This document shows, one piece after another, positions 1 through 12,439 of a stretch of 64,000 nucleotides of DNA. Source of the DNA: Camelus ferus (lineage: Eukaryota); the NCBI RefSeq assembly GCF_009834535.1, contig NC_045698.1:14448001-14512000 (forward strand), read 5' to 3'. The first letter of the stretch is position 1. The number at the start of each line of letters is the position of its first letter. The translations under genes and the position numbers were made by a program. The notes below the pieces were generated by a model, which did not search any database, was not told the DNA's origin, and saw only the letters and a list, made by a program, of their open reading frames with translations.

Positions 1-499
1 CCAATATACCTAGTAGCATTTTTTCCACAATTTCTACCATATTTGGACCTCAGACTAAAATCAAGTTGACATATTTATCCTTCACAAAGCGTAGCAACAT
101 CAGTTGCTCTGTTGTACTTCATTTACAATGTTCTTGTTTTTGAAATGCCCCTCAATGCTCAGTTGAAGCTCTCTTCACTATTACCACCTTTATGCCTCGG
201 CAAGGTAGCCCTGCCCTGGATCACATGACTTTAGAGGGACCAGCTCTGACCTAAGCCAGGGCAGTACTTCTCATCATAGACCGACAGGTCCATGAAGGTA
301 AGGAGATATATTCAATAGCAATCCAAACTATACATCTAGATCATATAGATGCTAACAGGACAATAGAAAGGATAAAGATATACTCAAGGCAACTGAATTT
401 GCTAGAGAGGATCACTGACCTCTTTGTTTAAACAAAAATGGTAATTACACTTTATGAAAGAAAATTACTGGATAACAAATATTATTACAATGTCTATAT

Positions 500-660
500 A
501 AGCTCATTTAATCCTCACATCTCTGTGCTATAGCTATGATAATTATCTTCATTGTATAGAAGAAAACAGACACACAAAGTTCCATACAAACTTGCCTAAA
601 CTATACATGAATTTTCATCCAGGAAGTGCAGCTTCCTAGCAAAACCTCCTAAGTAATGTG
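500..660 (-). mobile_element. MIR SINE fragment (highly diverged)
   Basis: 'gctcatttaatcctcac...attatcttcattgtatagaagaaaacaga...aacttgcctaaa' follows the MIR core pattern (tttaatcctcac...attttacagatgaggaaactgagg...aacttgcccaagg). Confidence 0.6.
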
Positions 661-1117
661 GTCACTAGAAATAAGACTTAACACACTAGAAATGTAGATC
701 ACTGTTTCCTCATTTAGCTGGAGCATAAAGTAGCAGGACAAACATAAAGAAAAGAAACAAGATCACAAACAGGGAAAGAGCACAAAATACAACATTTTCT
801 AGAACTGAGATTTAATTTACCTATGTTGGTTTCCAAGAATCGTGGCAGTCTTTTTTTCAATAGTGTGTTCACCAACTGCATAATCAGGAGCACGATTTGA
901 GAAACAAATGATTTAACTTCCATGCTTATTCATTTAATGGAGGGATTCCAGAGTAACTAGAATTATGCACTTTTCTGACTTCTTTTAGCAGTTTGATTTC
1001 CTTATAGTCATTTATCCCTGTGTTTGCTTTTTTTAATCTCACAACTAAAATATGCTATACAAAAGTAACTGAAATATCACATAGAAGCTCTCCATGTTTG
1101 CCAAAATAATACTAATA

Positions 1118-1144
1118 AATCCTAATCCTAATCCTAATCCTAAT
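1118..1144. repeat. (AATCCT)4 hexamer microsatellite
   Basis: aatcctaatcctaatcctaatcctaat read directly. Confidence 0.9.
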
Positions 1145-2232
1145 ACTTCCCCTAGATTTATTCTAAGTAATTCATCTGGAAAAAAACCAAACTTTTAATC
1201 AAACTCCTTTGATGGCCATTGAATCAAAGCTATATATTATATAATATTAGAAATCTATTGTGATTTCTGGATAAGAAAGTTATAGAATTAACCAAATTTT
1301 GTTTGAATGATAAAAATCATCATTCCAGAGAAGGATTTGATTTCCTCCTTTTCTACTAAGTCTTTATAAAGCCATGCACATTTTCTGTATCTGCTTCTGT
1401 TTTGAAATTGCAGAAGCTCCACTGGCACAGGAGATAAATCAAGGTGTCTTTTAACCAGGCCCTTCTGACTCTCAGATTCTAAAATCTAGTTCTGATTTTG
1501 GACCTATAAAATTACTTTGGCAGATGGTTGCCTCACTCTTGTTTCTAGAAATATAGGTCAAGTATTTAATCATCAAATAACCACAGATATTTAATGGGCT
1601 CACATTTTTCATAATAATAGAAAACCCTAGGGTTATTCTGTAGTAGAGTAGGTTATAATATTCCTAGTTCAAGTAACTGTGATTTGCTAACATATACAGA
1701 ATGTTTGTTTTCTTGCTGGGGAGGAGACCCTTATGTCTGAATGCCCATGTTGTTTTTATATTTTTGGATTCTAAACTTTCTAAACTAAACTCATAACATG
1801 AATATGTTAATAGTTTATGAATGTGCACCACTATGTTTGGATTTTAGCTAAGCAGAATTCTGGATTTATTTTTCCATTTTTTGTCTCAAGCTTTTATTTA
1901 TTATAAAATCAACTTGCACTGATAAGCCATTATTAATACTGATTCACTATTTTTCTGCTACATATATTCTACTCACATGCCTTTTGGTTAAAACTTTGCT
2001 GACATAATGAAATCCATTATTTTTAATTAAAGAACACGTAGTGTTTCTCTTTTTACAGACTTGATGAATGCTTCAAATTATGATGTAAAAGCTTGCCAAA
2101 ATTTTTCCATTGTCAGATTATTTTTTTCTAATTTGCAAGAGTTTGTTTTGAAATGATTACACAGCATTTACTGAGAAAATGGCAATGTTTTTGAATATTC
2201 TGTAGTGTCACAAACATTCGCTCTAATATATA

Positions 2233-2235
<3 letters not shown>

Positions 2236-2272
<37 letters not shown>
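2236..2272. repeat. (AT)n microsatellite
   Basis: Perfect alternating AT run. Confidence 0.97.
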
Positions 2273-2273
<1 letters not shown>

Positions 2274-2289
2274 TCCTTTTGATTGTATT

Positions 2290-2705
2290 CCCTCTTACTT
2301 TCCTCCTTGCTCCCTGTCTTCAGCCTCATAATGTCCTTCTAGCTACTTAAACATGAAAAGTACAGCCTTTGTAAAAAGAAATCCTCTCTATGCTCAGAAG
2401 AAATACTTTTCTATTGGAATAGCTCCTTCCATCACTTTCTTCAGGTCATTGTTCAAAGGCCACCTCATCAGTGAAATTATCCCTGAAAGTACTATAACAA
2501 TATGCCCAATAATTCACGGTCTACCTTTTTACCTTATTTTTCCTTTACAACTTTTATCACCCCTCTGACACATTGTTATTCACATCTAGAGGACAGTCTC
2601 CACTGATGGAGAGCAATATTGACTTTGTTTTGTTCATTGCTGTATTCCCATGCCTAGGGAAAATGTCTGGAATACAGTAGACTTAATAAATACTTGTTAA
2701 GTCAG
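2290..2705 (+). mobile_element. LINE-2 (L2a-like) 3' end
   Basis: 'ttcaggtcattgttcaaaggccacctcatcagtga' and terminal 'ttgttttgttcattgctgtattccca-tgcctag...tctggaatacagtagacttaataaatacttgttaa' match the L2 3' terminus. Confidence 0.8.
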
Positions 2706-2837
2706 TAGATACATAGGTGACCAAAGTCCTTTCTGTGTCAGGAAAACAGTAGATGAAAGAGATAAGATTACATAATATCAGCAATAGCCTGTCAATATCC
2801 CCACTACAGCCAACCCCACCACAACACTCTACCTCAA

Positions 2838-2862
2838 ACACACACACACACACACACACACA
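2838..2862. repeat. (CA)n microsatellite
   Basis: Perfect CA run. Confidence 0.95.
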
Positions 2863-3239
2863 GAATATTTGCTGAGCTGGAGAAACTCATAGGTTCACTA
2901 TAGAAGCTCATAGTTGAGAGCATAAGATGTTGGAGAGGGTTTGTCATGGTTTTTCCATAAAGAATGATGAGCAGATAGAAACTTGGAGTTGAGTGCTTGC
3001 TTCTCTAGGAGAACTATGAAGGCAATAGGGGTTCATTGGAATTACCTGTGATGTCAAAGGCAGAGAAGCAGTGGTATAGGAGAGCATGCATCTGGCGTGC
3101 AAAGAATGAGTGACATTCCTACGAGCAAAATGGATGCCTACAGAAGATGGCATGGCCTAAACCACCTTGAAAGAAATTTGCTCAACAGGGCAAGAGTGTC
3201 TGTGAAATGGAAATTAGATGTAAAATGAAAGTATTACAC

Positions 3240-3270
3240 TGGAGTGGAGTGGAGTGGAGTGGACTTGGAC
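3240..3270. repeat. (GGAGT)n pentamer repeat
   Basis: ggagtggagtggagtggagtggacttggac. Confidence 0.85.
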
Positions 3271-3425
3271 AGACCTGAAAGTAAGTTGTTACTGTCATAG
3301 AGAAATAATCTAATTGAAAATGAATGCAAGTCTAAAGAGATCTATCCATGGTCCTATTTGAGGGAGAGTCAATAAAAGAACAGAATACGTTTGTAGGAAG
3401 TGATGGGATAAAAATAAAGGCATTG

Positions 3426-3958
3426 TATGCAAGGATTTTTTAACATCCGCAAATGAATCAACATCATACACCACATTAGCAAAATGAAGAACAAAAAACA
3501 TGATCATCTCAGTAGATGCAGAAAAAGCTTTTGATAAAATTCACCATCCATTTAAGAAAAAAACTCTCCAGAAAGTGGGCATGGAGAGAACATACCTCAA
3601 CAAAATAAAGGCCATATATGACAAAACCACAACTCACATCACACTCAAAGGTGAAAAGCTGAAAGCATTTCTGCTGAGGTCATAAACAAGACAACGACAC
3701 CCTCTCTCACCACTTTTATTCAACATAATTTTGGAAGTCCTAGCCACAGCAATCAGGGAAGAAAAAGAAATAAAACAAATCCAAAGTGGAAAAGAAGTAA
3801 AACTGTCACTATTTGCAGATGACATGATACTATAAATAGAAAATCTTAAAGATGCAACCAGAAAATTACTAAAGCTCATCAATGAATTTGGTAAAGTTGC
3901 AGGACACAAAATTAACATACAGAAGTCAGTTGCATTTCTATACACTAACAACAAAATA
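3426..3958 (+). mobile_element. LINE-1 ORF2 internal fragment (reverse transcriptase domain), broken by stops
   Basis: ORF 3500-3685 MIISVDAEKAFDKIHHPF...IKAIYDK is typical L1 RT. Downstream 'ctatttgcagatgacatgatacta' encodes LFADDMIL, the catalytic FADD motif. It ends at 'gttgcatttctatacactaacaac' with no 3'UTR or poly(A). Confidence 0.96.
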
Positions 3959-5449
3959 GTATTATGCAAATGCTATTTTATTGCATTTAAATAATAGCAA
4001 AATAACATTTGTGTCTGAAATTTCTCTTTAAAAAGGCAAGTAAAAATAAAGAAAAAGTGAGATCCACTAATACATACCCACAAACACACTGGCCTTTGGA
4101 AAGTAAAGATCTGATCCTTAAAAGAATATTTTTAGATATATTCACACAATTAAATGAACTATTTTAAGTGAAAGTGTGAAAAACAGCAATTGGAATTAGC
4201 TGTCAGTCATGAATAAGAACCAAATTATATTTGACAATCAAAGTTTCAGCTGCATAGTTATCTTGAGTGATTACTATAATTAAAAGCAAAAGAACAATAT
4301 GTTAACTTCACTAATATAGTGTTTGTTCACCATGAATCACTTCTATATTGATATGACTTATGTCATAGATACACTGCGATTAGAACATTTAGTCCTTGAT
4401 AAAGTTGGTGAAAGACTTTTCAACAGCAAAAAAATCATTTTAAAGAAAATTCTCAGTTTAAAAACAGAAAAAAAAAGCTCTAAAATAGACCTTCTAAAAT
4501 AACTACTTAAAAATATCAGATCTTTCCTTATTGCTTAAATTAGATTCTCTAGTAAATGAAGAAATAAATAGCAGACATATAATTATTTATAGCTTCATAA
4601 CTATAACAAATCATAAGTTGTTATAAAGTGGGAAAATTATTTACTACCATAATCTAAAATATGCTCAAGCTACTGAATATATCTAAGTTATTATGCTAAT
4701 TTCAGTAGAGGAGGCAGATTTTAGATATGAGTTTTACAGAACAATAGTAATGGAGTTGGTTAAATAATTTTTCCTTTCAGAATATAGTGAGTACATGCTG
4801 AAATATATTTAGTAAGTTTAATTATTAGAAAATGATTTCTGTGACTATGTATCCCTACCTATATTTTATATTTTTCATCAGTTATAAAATTTGTTAGTAG
4901 ATTTTACTTCCATAGATGGAAATGAAAAGCTAGAAACATTACATAATTTAGACTAAGTTAGATGTTAGTCCTAAGGCAGTTTTTTCAATAAGAAACCAAT
5001 ATAGTGAATCTCTGTATTTTTATTTTTTAAATCAATCATTTAATTTCCATATTCAATGCAAAGAAAGTTAAATTTTCCAAGCAAATATGCATGTTTATTA
5101 TTGATACTAAATTAATCTAGAAAATACCTACAAAACATCTAATATGTAAATGTACTGTTATGCTTTGGAGAATACAAAATTATTAATTCAATCTGGAATG
5201 ATTCCCCCATAAACATACAATATTAGCAGAGAGATAAGTTATTCATGTACCAAATTAAGAAAACACAATATAAATAATGCCATATGAAAATATATGATGT
5301 CTCAAAACTAAGTTTGTGATTTTTGTTTTGTGAATACACAGTATGAAGAGGTAGTACAAATATTTCCAATGTGGTACAATCATGTTGATTTTATTTCTCC
5401 CTTGAGACATCTTTAGAAGATGTAAATGCCACCATTTCCTCCTGAGATG

Positions 5450-6130
5450 CTCTGGTGCCCATTATTTACTATCTTCTAGAATCATTTACATTCTCTCTCT
5501 TCTGAATATTCAAACTTCCTCATCACTAACAGTTTGATGGTTCCTCTGGAGCCCGAGACTCTCCATATTAAAAAAATAATAATAAACACATAGAAGAAAT
5601 CTTTTTTTTTCTCTGAACCCTCTCTAGCCACCACCAACTATCTCATCTTACATTCTCAGAGTATTTCACTTTTATATATGTAACTCTAACTCCACATTTA
5701 CTGTTTTACTACTCTGGCTCCTGCCCTCAGAACCCAATGAAACTGATCTATATAAATTTACTACCTACTTTATCAACCTGGCACTTTAAAACTTGATGTC
5801 TCTATATCTTCTCCCACCCTGAGCCACAGCTCTTTAATATTCTCTGATGCATCAACTCTTAGCCAATCTCCTGGTCACCACACTTTCCATATACACACAT
5901 AAACACACTCTCTTCATTAACCTCCTCTAAGAGCTTTAAACAATTATTTTCAAATCACTGGCTAGACAAGCAATCATCGTGGTCTCACCCACTCTAATCC
6001 TCCTCGTGACCTAATTTTCTTATTGGAAATAATGTCTTTGGCTTCACTATCAAAATATGTTTTGCTTGGTTTTCCTTCTACCTTTTAGTCATTTCTTGTT
6101 GATTTCTTGAATTCATCTTTTAGCTATTCC
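5450..6130 (+). mobile_element. LINE-2 body fragment (very old)
   Basis: 'ctctggctcctgccctcagaacccaatgaaactgatct' and 'ctttggcttcactatcaaaatatgttttgcttggttttccttctacct' resemble L2 ORF2-region consensus motifs. Confidence 0.55.
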
Positions 6131-6453
6131 TGTCTCCTGCTCTCACCATGTCACACCACCTATCTCCTTCTCTCAGAGTATTTCTTTTGGCTAGAAATTT
6201 TTGTTTTCAAAATACAAGTACTGTGTAGCCAATGTGAGTTTAATGGCTCTGGCTGCTTTCAAAATCCTCTTTTCACAGTAGCGGAATGGACACCAGTCTT
6301 TCTCATTAGGTATATCGTTACAATCTCCCATGTAAGACAGGTACTTATGGTAGCTTAAATAAGGTCAATTCATATTTACCTAGGGTTCCAAGCCTAGACT
6401 GATAAATTATCTATTAGTTGATCAGCATCTTTCTTTTCCCGAATATAGAGGTT

Positions 6454-6494
6454 TGCCTGCCTGCCAGCTTGCTTGCTTGCTTGCTTGCTTGCTT
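6454..6494. repeat. (TGCC)n/(GCTT)n tetranucleotide microsatellite
   Basis: tgcctgcctgcc followed by (gctt)7. Confidence 0.9.
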
Positions 6495-9400
6495 CCTTTC
6501 TTCCTGCCATATGAGAATGTCAATGGGAAAATGGTTGAGAATAAACCTAGGACATATTAAAAAGGTTGTCAAGAACTTGAAGCTCCAATTTTATGTATAA
6601 TCATATAAAATCACACTATTGATTAAAAAGATGAGAATATATAGAATCACACATTATTTGCAGAATAGTAAGACAAACAGGTTCTTATGATTGCATCGTG
6701 AACTTCGTGAAAACTTCATGCAGTCAATTTATTGTTCTGTCTCATTGAACATTCTCAATCTATTGAGAATAAGCCCCAAAGCCCTAACTAAAAATATGTG
6801 CTGATTATGACTAGAACATTGAAAAGATCTGCTTCTCAGGCTCTTCCATTTAAGACCAGGGGTTATTTCAGCTAGAAGGCAACACCAGGAAGTCAATAAT
6901 GTTTGCTTCATTTTGATACTTTTCAGTACCATTAAAAAAACCTGTGTGTTGGTCACTTAATTTTTGGTCACTAATTTTTTTGGAGTTGTTCTTTATCATT
7001 AAAATAGTTATTTTTCTTTTCAGTAACAATATCTCATTTCCTATCAATAATACACAAAACTTATTTACCAACAGTTACAATTACAGCATTTTCATATTTA
7101 ATTCAGTAAAAAAAATTGCCCTTATTTATTTTCTCTCCAACCATTTTTACTTTGGGCAATATTTATTTTTCTCTCTTAGTTTTATATATTTTCATGTGGC
7201 TGTGTTTCTGGACAAGTGGCCCAGTTGGTATAAATTTTGTTTTTTTCTCACATAGTGTCCGAGATTCTGTTTTGAGAAAAATATTGTAAATTAATAATAT
7301 GATTATAGTGTTACTTCCATTATTTATTTTCTGTAGAATCTAGCACATTAATGTATATTATTTGCAGTACTTATCCCCAAATAAGGACACAGTTTGGTTA
7401 GTTTCCAGATGCTGCAGTTATTAGCATTTTTTTTTCTTTAGTATATCAGTCATACCTCTAGTAACTTTTAAGAATATGGGATAGAACTGGTGAGTTTTTC
7501 TAAATTTATTAGGCACTAAATTTCTTTATGATCCAGGTGGTATGATGTTCCATTCATTAGAAATAATACTTTCTATTCGCTTCTCTTCTAATAACCATAT
7601 GTGTATCATAGAAAGTTCTTTGTGGATCAGTGTGGGACATTGACAGATCAACTAGTCTAGGAATCAGGGCATCTGAAATGAGGATCTGCACCATCCACTA
7701 AGGTGATGAAAAAGAGAAATAGAATTGATGACTCTGTACCTACCAAATACTGGTAATTTAAACTATATTCTCAAAATCAAATGCTCCCTATTCTTTTAAC
7801 ACCCAACTCCAAAATGATTTGATATCTCTACTTCAGTGACTAGAGATGCTGGAGTTCCTAATATAGTAATTTATGATTGTCTAAACCATCTAATTGAGTA
7901 CAAACAAAAATAAGCTCTAGTTTTCCTTTGGTGGCTCATGACTATTATACTAAGTCCAGTAATTTACTTTGTTATTACTAGATCTCCGTTGGTATGCTCA
8001 TATGTTGTATTTATGCCTTCACTGTATATATGTATGGACTATTATTATTGTTCCATTTGTGAGATCATGTGTTAACCATGTTCTACTTGTTCCTGATCAT
8101 TCCAAGTATTCTGGGAATTGTTTATCTTATTTTCAATTATACACATTGACCTGGAATCTAGCAAAGCAAAGGTTTTCCAAATTCATCTTGTTTCTCTTAT
8201 TAAATAGAGGAGAAAAATAATTAGTCTTAGCAGCTGAGAGCTTTGTTGAGAAGTTATCTTGATATTACAAATGAGATAAAGATGTATCCAGAAAAGGAAA
8301 AAGGAAGTGGAAAAAGTATGTTAAAACACTGTCAGTCATGTAAAATGATTGATCAATGCACTAAGCAAGAGATCCACAGCACAGGATCCAACAAAGGACC
8401 CGGCTTTGTGGTCAAGGTGGGTTCTCGACATTGGTAGGCATGTAGTGAGATGTATTCATCCATGGCTACTGCAGTCACTTGCTGAAAGCTCTTTCATGTA
8501 CAAAATCTCACCTATACACAAAACTTACAATCAAAAGTTTATAACAAATGATGAACTTCACAACTGAATAATGAAAAAAAATCAAAATTGAACTTTAGGG
8601 GTATTAGTCTCCCCTAGTGGTAACTGAATGATTGAAATTCATTAGGGGCAAAAAAGTAGGTTCACGTCACCTTAGAAATCACTTGATAATCCCATCAAAT
8701 TACAAATTTTGAAATAAGGCCTAGAGACATTATATAATCTGCAAAGATTAAAATGCTGTATGATAGCAGAAAAAGTTGCTTTGATTTCCAGATAATGCTT
8801 ATTGAGAATAAATAAAAATATTCTAGTTTATTTATTTCAAATTAAATCAATAAACATTTTTCAATATCATAATTTATTTATGACTGTTATAAAATTAAAA
8901 TTATCGTCACATCAGTAATTTTTTAAGCCACATCAATAGATTTCTGTTTTTAAAAATGAAGGGGTGCTAGAATGTAAAGGGTAAAATAATAATGTTATAT
9001 TTATAACAATAAATATTTAAGCCTTTCTAAAAGTTTATTTTACCAAATAAAAACACAAGAAGTTTGCTGTCCTTAAGACTAAACAGCAAAACAAACAAAG
9101 CAGGTCTAAAATGATTAAATTACAATATATGGAAGTGTCTTCATCTCTCAATTTTTTTTTTTTTCTCTTTAATAAAGAAGGCACTTTTGGTGCCCTTTGC
9201 ACACAGACCAGGACTAGGAGAAGAAGGCAATTTGAGGATTAAATTTGATGACTTTTCTTACTGTCATAAATGATCTATATAGTTCATTACTTTATGATCT
9301 TCAATCCTCAGGCAATGGGTTCTTGAATAAAGTTTAAGTTAAACCTACATATTTGAAATAAACATAACTATGTTACAAAAGTATCTATGGTACATTAAAA

Positions 9401-9618
9401 AAAAGGCAACAAAATCAGTGTCTAATTAACTTTAAATTACAGTTATTTGGTTTAGTCAAAATGTCATTAAAGTTATTTTTTGTTAGAATAAAATGAGCAC
9501 ACAAAATTATTTTGTTGGTGCCTATGCTTTGAGTAATTTCAACAATTCTGGACCCATTGCTGTTTTTACCATCAAGAGTCTATTTTTTCCCTTTATAACA
9601 TATGCCAAATAGAATGTA

Positions 9619-9842
9619 CAGTTGACTCATGAACAATGTAGGGTTTAGGGGCACTGACCCTCCAAACAGTGGAAAATCTGCTTATAACTCTATATTCCGG
9701 CCCTCTGAATGCATGGTTTTGCATCCACAGATTCAACTAACTGTGGATCATGTAGTACTGTAACACTGTAGTTATTATGGAAAAAAATCTGCATATACAT
9801 GGGCCCGTGGAGTTCAAACCTGTGGTGTTCAAGTGTCTACTG
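9619..9842 (-). mobile_element. MER8-like Tigger (TcMar) MITE, complete
   Basis: TIRs cagttgactcatgaaca and tgttcaagtgtctactg match at 14/17 positions. TA target duplications lie at 9617-9618 and 9843-9844. Length is 224 bp. Confidence 0.88.
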
Positions 9843-10317
9843 TAACTTGCTTTTAATCTGATTATATAAGCTATATTGAGACAAATACAAAATCTACATG
9901 ATATATTTTACAGAAACATAAAGAATATTTTTAAGAGAAAAAGAGCAAAATTAGAGCCTATATTTTGAAATGTTTTACTTTATTTATGAAATAGTTGAAA
10001 AGGAGTCTTCAGCTACATAGTTAAAGGATTTACTCTGAGGAAAATAGACTTTAGGGAATATCAGATTTTTATATTTATAATTTTGACTTTGATAAAGAGT
10101 GCTGTATTTTCATTTAAGAAGGGCTTATTTTTACAGGTAATCAAATAAACAACCTAATTATTCAACAGAAATAAATATATATTTTGTAAATGACAAGCAC
10201 AAATAAAACAAATCAAAATCAGAGTAATCAACTTGACTTTAAAAATCCTGAAGCTAATCAACATCTCTATCGTCTCTAAGAAACTTAGCACATTTACCCT
10301 GAATCATCCTTACTAGT

Positions 10318-10693
10318 GGCTGTGTACTGAACTGTGTTCACCGAAAATTCATGTGGAGAAGCCCTGACCCCCAAAGTGATACTATTTGAAGACAGGGTCA
10401 TAGGGAGGTGGTTAGGGTGAGATTAGGTCATGAAGGGAGAGCCTTCATAGTGAGATTAGTGCCTTACAGGAAGGGACACAAGAGCATGCTGTCTCTATTT
10501 CTTCCTGCTTTGGGAGGAATCAGAAAGGAGGCAACCATTTAAAAACCAGGAAGACAGTCTCTACCAGAAACCAACCACACTAACACCTTGAACTTGGATT
10601 TCTAGCCTCCAGAACTGTAAGAAAATAAGTTTCTGTTGTTTAAGCCAATAAATCCATGGTGTTTTGTTATGAGAACCCAAACTGACAAAGACA
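10318..10693 (+). mobile_element. MaLR solo LTR (MLT1A/MLT1B-like), complete
   Basis: Contains 'ttggatttctagcctccagaactgtaagaaaataagtttctgttgtttaagcca' and ends '...actgacaaagaca'. A perfect 5-bp TSD CTAGT lies at 10313-10317 and 10694-10698. Confidence 0.93.
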
Positions 10694-10777
10694 CTAGTCC
10701 TTCATATCATTATTACATAATATTTTAGTTCTGTCTAGTTTCCTTAACTGTGTGTACGTATTTGTATTCTGTTAGAC

Positions 10778-10850
10778 TGTGTGTCTGTGTGTGTGTATAT
10801 ATATATATATTTATATATATATATATTTATATATAATAATATAAATTTAC
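10778..10850. repeat. (TG)n-(TA)n compound microsatellite
   Basis: Imperfect TG run followed by an interrupted TA run. Confidence 0.85.
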
Positions 10851-10899
10851 TATATATTAGTGAAATATATTTTTATGTATACAAATTTTACCTTCCATC

Positions 10900-11330
10900 C
10901 TCATTCACAAATTTGCTAAATGGATCATCCTTTATCTTGCATTAATTTTGTTCTATTTTAAGCTTTCAATATTTTTTTAGTAAGTATATCACAGCAAAAT
11001 TCTGTCTTTGTTTGAAATTTTATTTATTTCTCTTTAAATGTAGGTTAGCTAGATGAATATGCTATGTTGACAGATACTGCCCATTCACACTGTAAATAAT
11101 CTATTATCTTGTTTTCTCTTTTTTCTGGTGAGAAATTTATCATTCATCATACATAATACCTTTATTTTCTGATTGCTTTTAAGAATTTACTTTTTGTTTG
11201 GTTTTTGGTATAGTTTTACAAAATATATTTAAGAATATTTGTTTTCATTTTTTTTTTCTTTTCAAGCTTGATTTTTCTTACATAATCTTGGTATCATCAA
11301 ATTTTTAATTTCTTTTTGTTTCTAATCTGA
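10900..11330 (-). mobile_element. Old LINE-1 (L1M) ORF1-region fragment, antisense, left part
   Basis: T-rich segments 'tttttctggtgagaaatttatcattc' and 'ttttctgattgcttttaagaatttactttttgtttggtttt' are typical antisense L1 ORF1 sequence. Confidence 0.55.
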
Positions 11331-11337
11331 AAATGAC

Positions 11338-11800
11338 TAGTGGTAGATAGATTAGAAAAGTTAATATATTTCTCACTCCCTTTTGAATCCTTAAACTCAC
11401 AGTGAAATTTTGCAGTGTTTATCAGAATGTAGAGTCAATTTCTCTACCTCTTAAATCTCTTGTAGAGTCTCTGGTTCAGGGAATGTGGTGGAAGTGATGT
11501 CATTCCAGGTATGACCTAGGCTTCAAAAGTCTTTTAACACTTCAGTGTCTGTCTAACTGTCCATCTCTGTCTGTCTCTATCTCTCTCTCTCTGTGTCTCA
11601 AATGCATCCATCATGAGAATAAGCCTGTCATCCTACAAGGGAATAAGAGAAAATATCTAGAAGAAATGAGTCTTAGCTGAGGCAATTCTATACCAGCCAG
11701 CCCCCAGCTAACCCATCGGCTGACCACATATGCATGAATGAGCCTAGCTTAAATGAGGTGATGCAGGCTCAGGCAAGGAGGACCATCCAAGCACTCATTG
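11338..11800 (+). mobile_element. Old MaLR LTR (MLT1H/I/J-like)
   Basis: 'gaatgtggtggaagtgatgt', 'ctaggcttcaaaag' and 'ccagccagcccccagctaacccatcggctgaccacatatgcatgaatgagcctagc' match old MLT1 LTR motifs. The 3' end appears truncated. Confidence 0.75.
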
Positions 11801-11804
11801 ATAT

Positions 11805-12030
11805 CCATGCTAAATCCTCATCCATTTTCTCTTTGAATATTTCTTCTGTCACATTCTCTCTAATATCTTCTCCAGCACTCCTATTCATTCCAGTCTATAC
11901 CTATTCACCTGATTCTCCATTTATCTTAACAATTTTTTTCCACACTATCCATCATTTTGTCTCTAAATGATAAATTCTGAGTAATTTCCTTAGTGTTCTT
12001 AATTAAGAGTTCCCATGTCAGCTATGTTTA
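11805..12030 (-). mobile_element. Old LINE-1 (L1M) ORF1-region fragment, antisense, right part
   Basis: 'aaatcctcatccattttctctttgaatatttcttctgtcacattctctct' matches the antisense L1 motif (aaattctcagccattatttcttcaaatatttcttctgtcccattctctct). Confidence 0.6.
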
Positions 12031-12439
12031 ATTACAAATTTTCTTTAAATTATTCTTTGAATTCAAGATTATTAAAGAACAAAAAAAAAAAAAAAAGAAG
12101 AAGAAAAAAATAAACAAAAAAGTAAGAGAAAATAGTGAACCCAAGATAGGCAAAATCTAAGCCATAGGGTAAAATCAAAGAATTTAGGATGCAAGATCAT
12201 GACTGAATCATCAAATTCTTGAGTGAAATCATGTTCTCTACATATAAATCTCTAGTTACAGTATAAACTCAATATAAAATGGACTTTTAGTTAAACTAGC
12301 AACCAGAATAGAAATTAACTCTGTCTTCCAACATCTATATTTTATAATATTTATTAAATTTTGACATTATTTTCTCTATACCTCTAATAAATTGAAAACC
12401 ATTTTGAAATTTCCAAAAACATTAATTTTTGAATATTTA

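Noticed and set aside
1118..1144. Interstitial telomeric repeat
   Set aside because: The unit is TTAGGA on the minus strand, not TTAGGG, and there are only about 4 copies. It is a simple microsatellite.
3500..3685. RT-like ORF as a functional or novel reverse transcriptase system
   Set aside because: It is an ordinary L1 ORF2 fragment with in-frame stops (3683-3685 and just after the FADD motif).
10124..10142. Plus-strand recursive-splice-like motif cttatttttacAG|GTAATC
   Set aside because: The donor is weak at +5/+6, such a motif is expected by chance in AT-rich DNA, and it is opposite to the inferred transcription strand.
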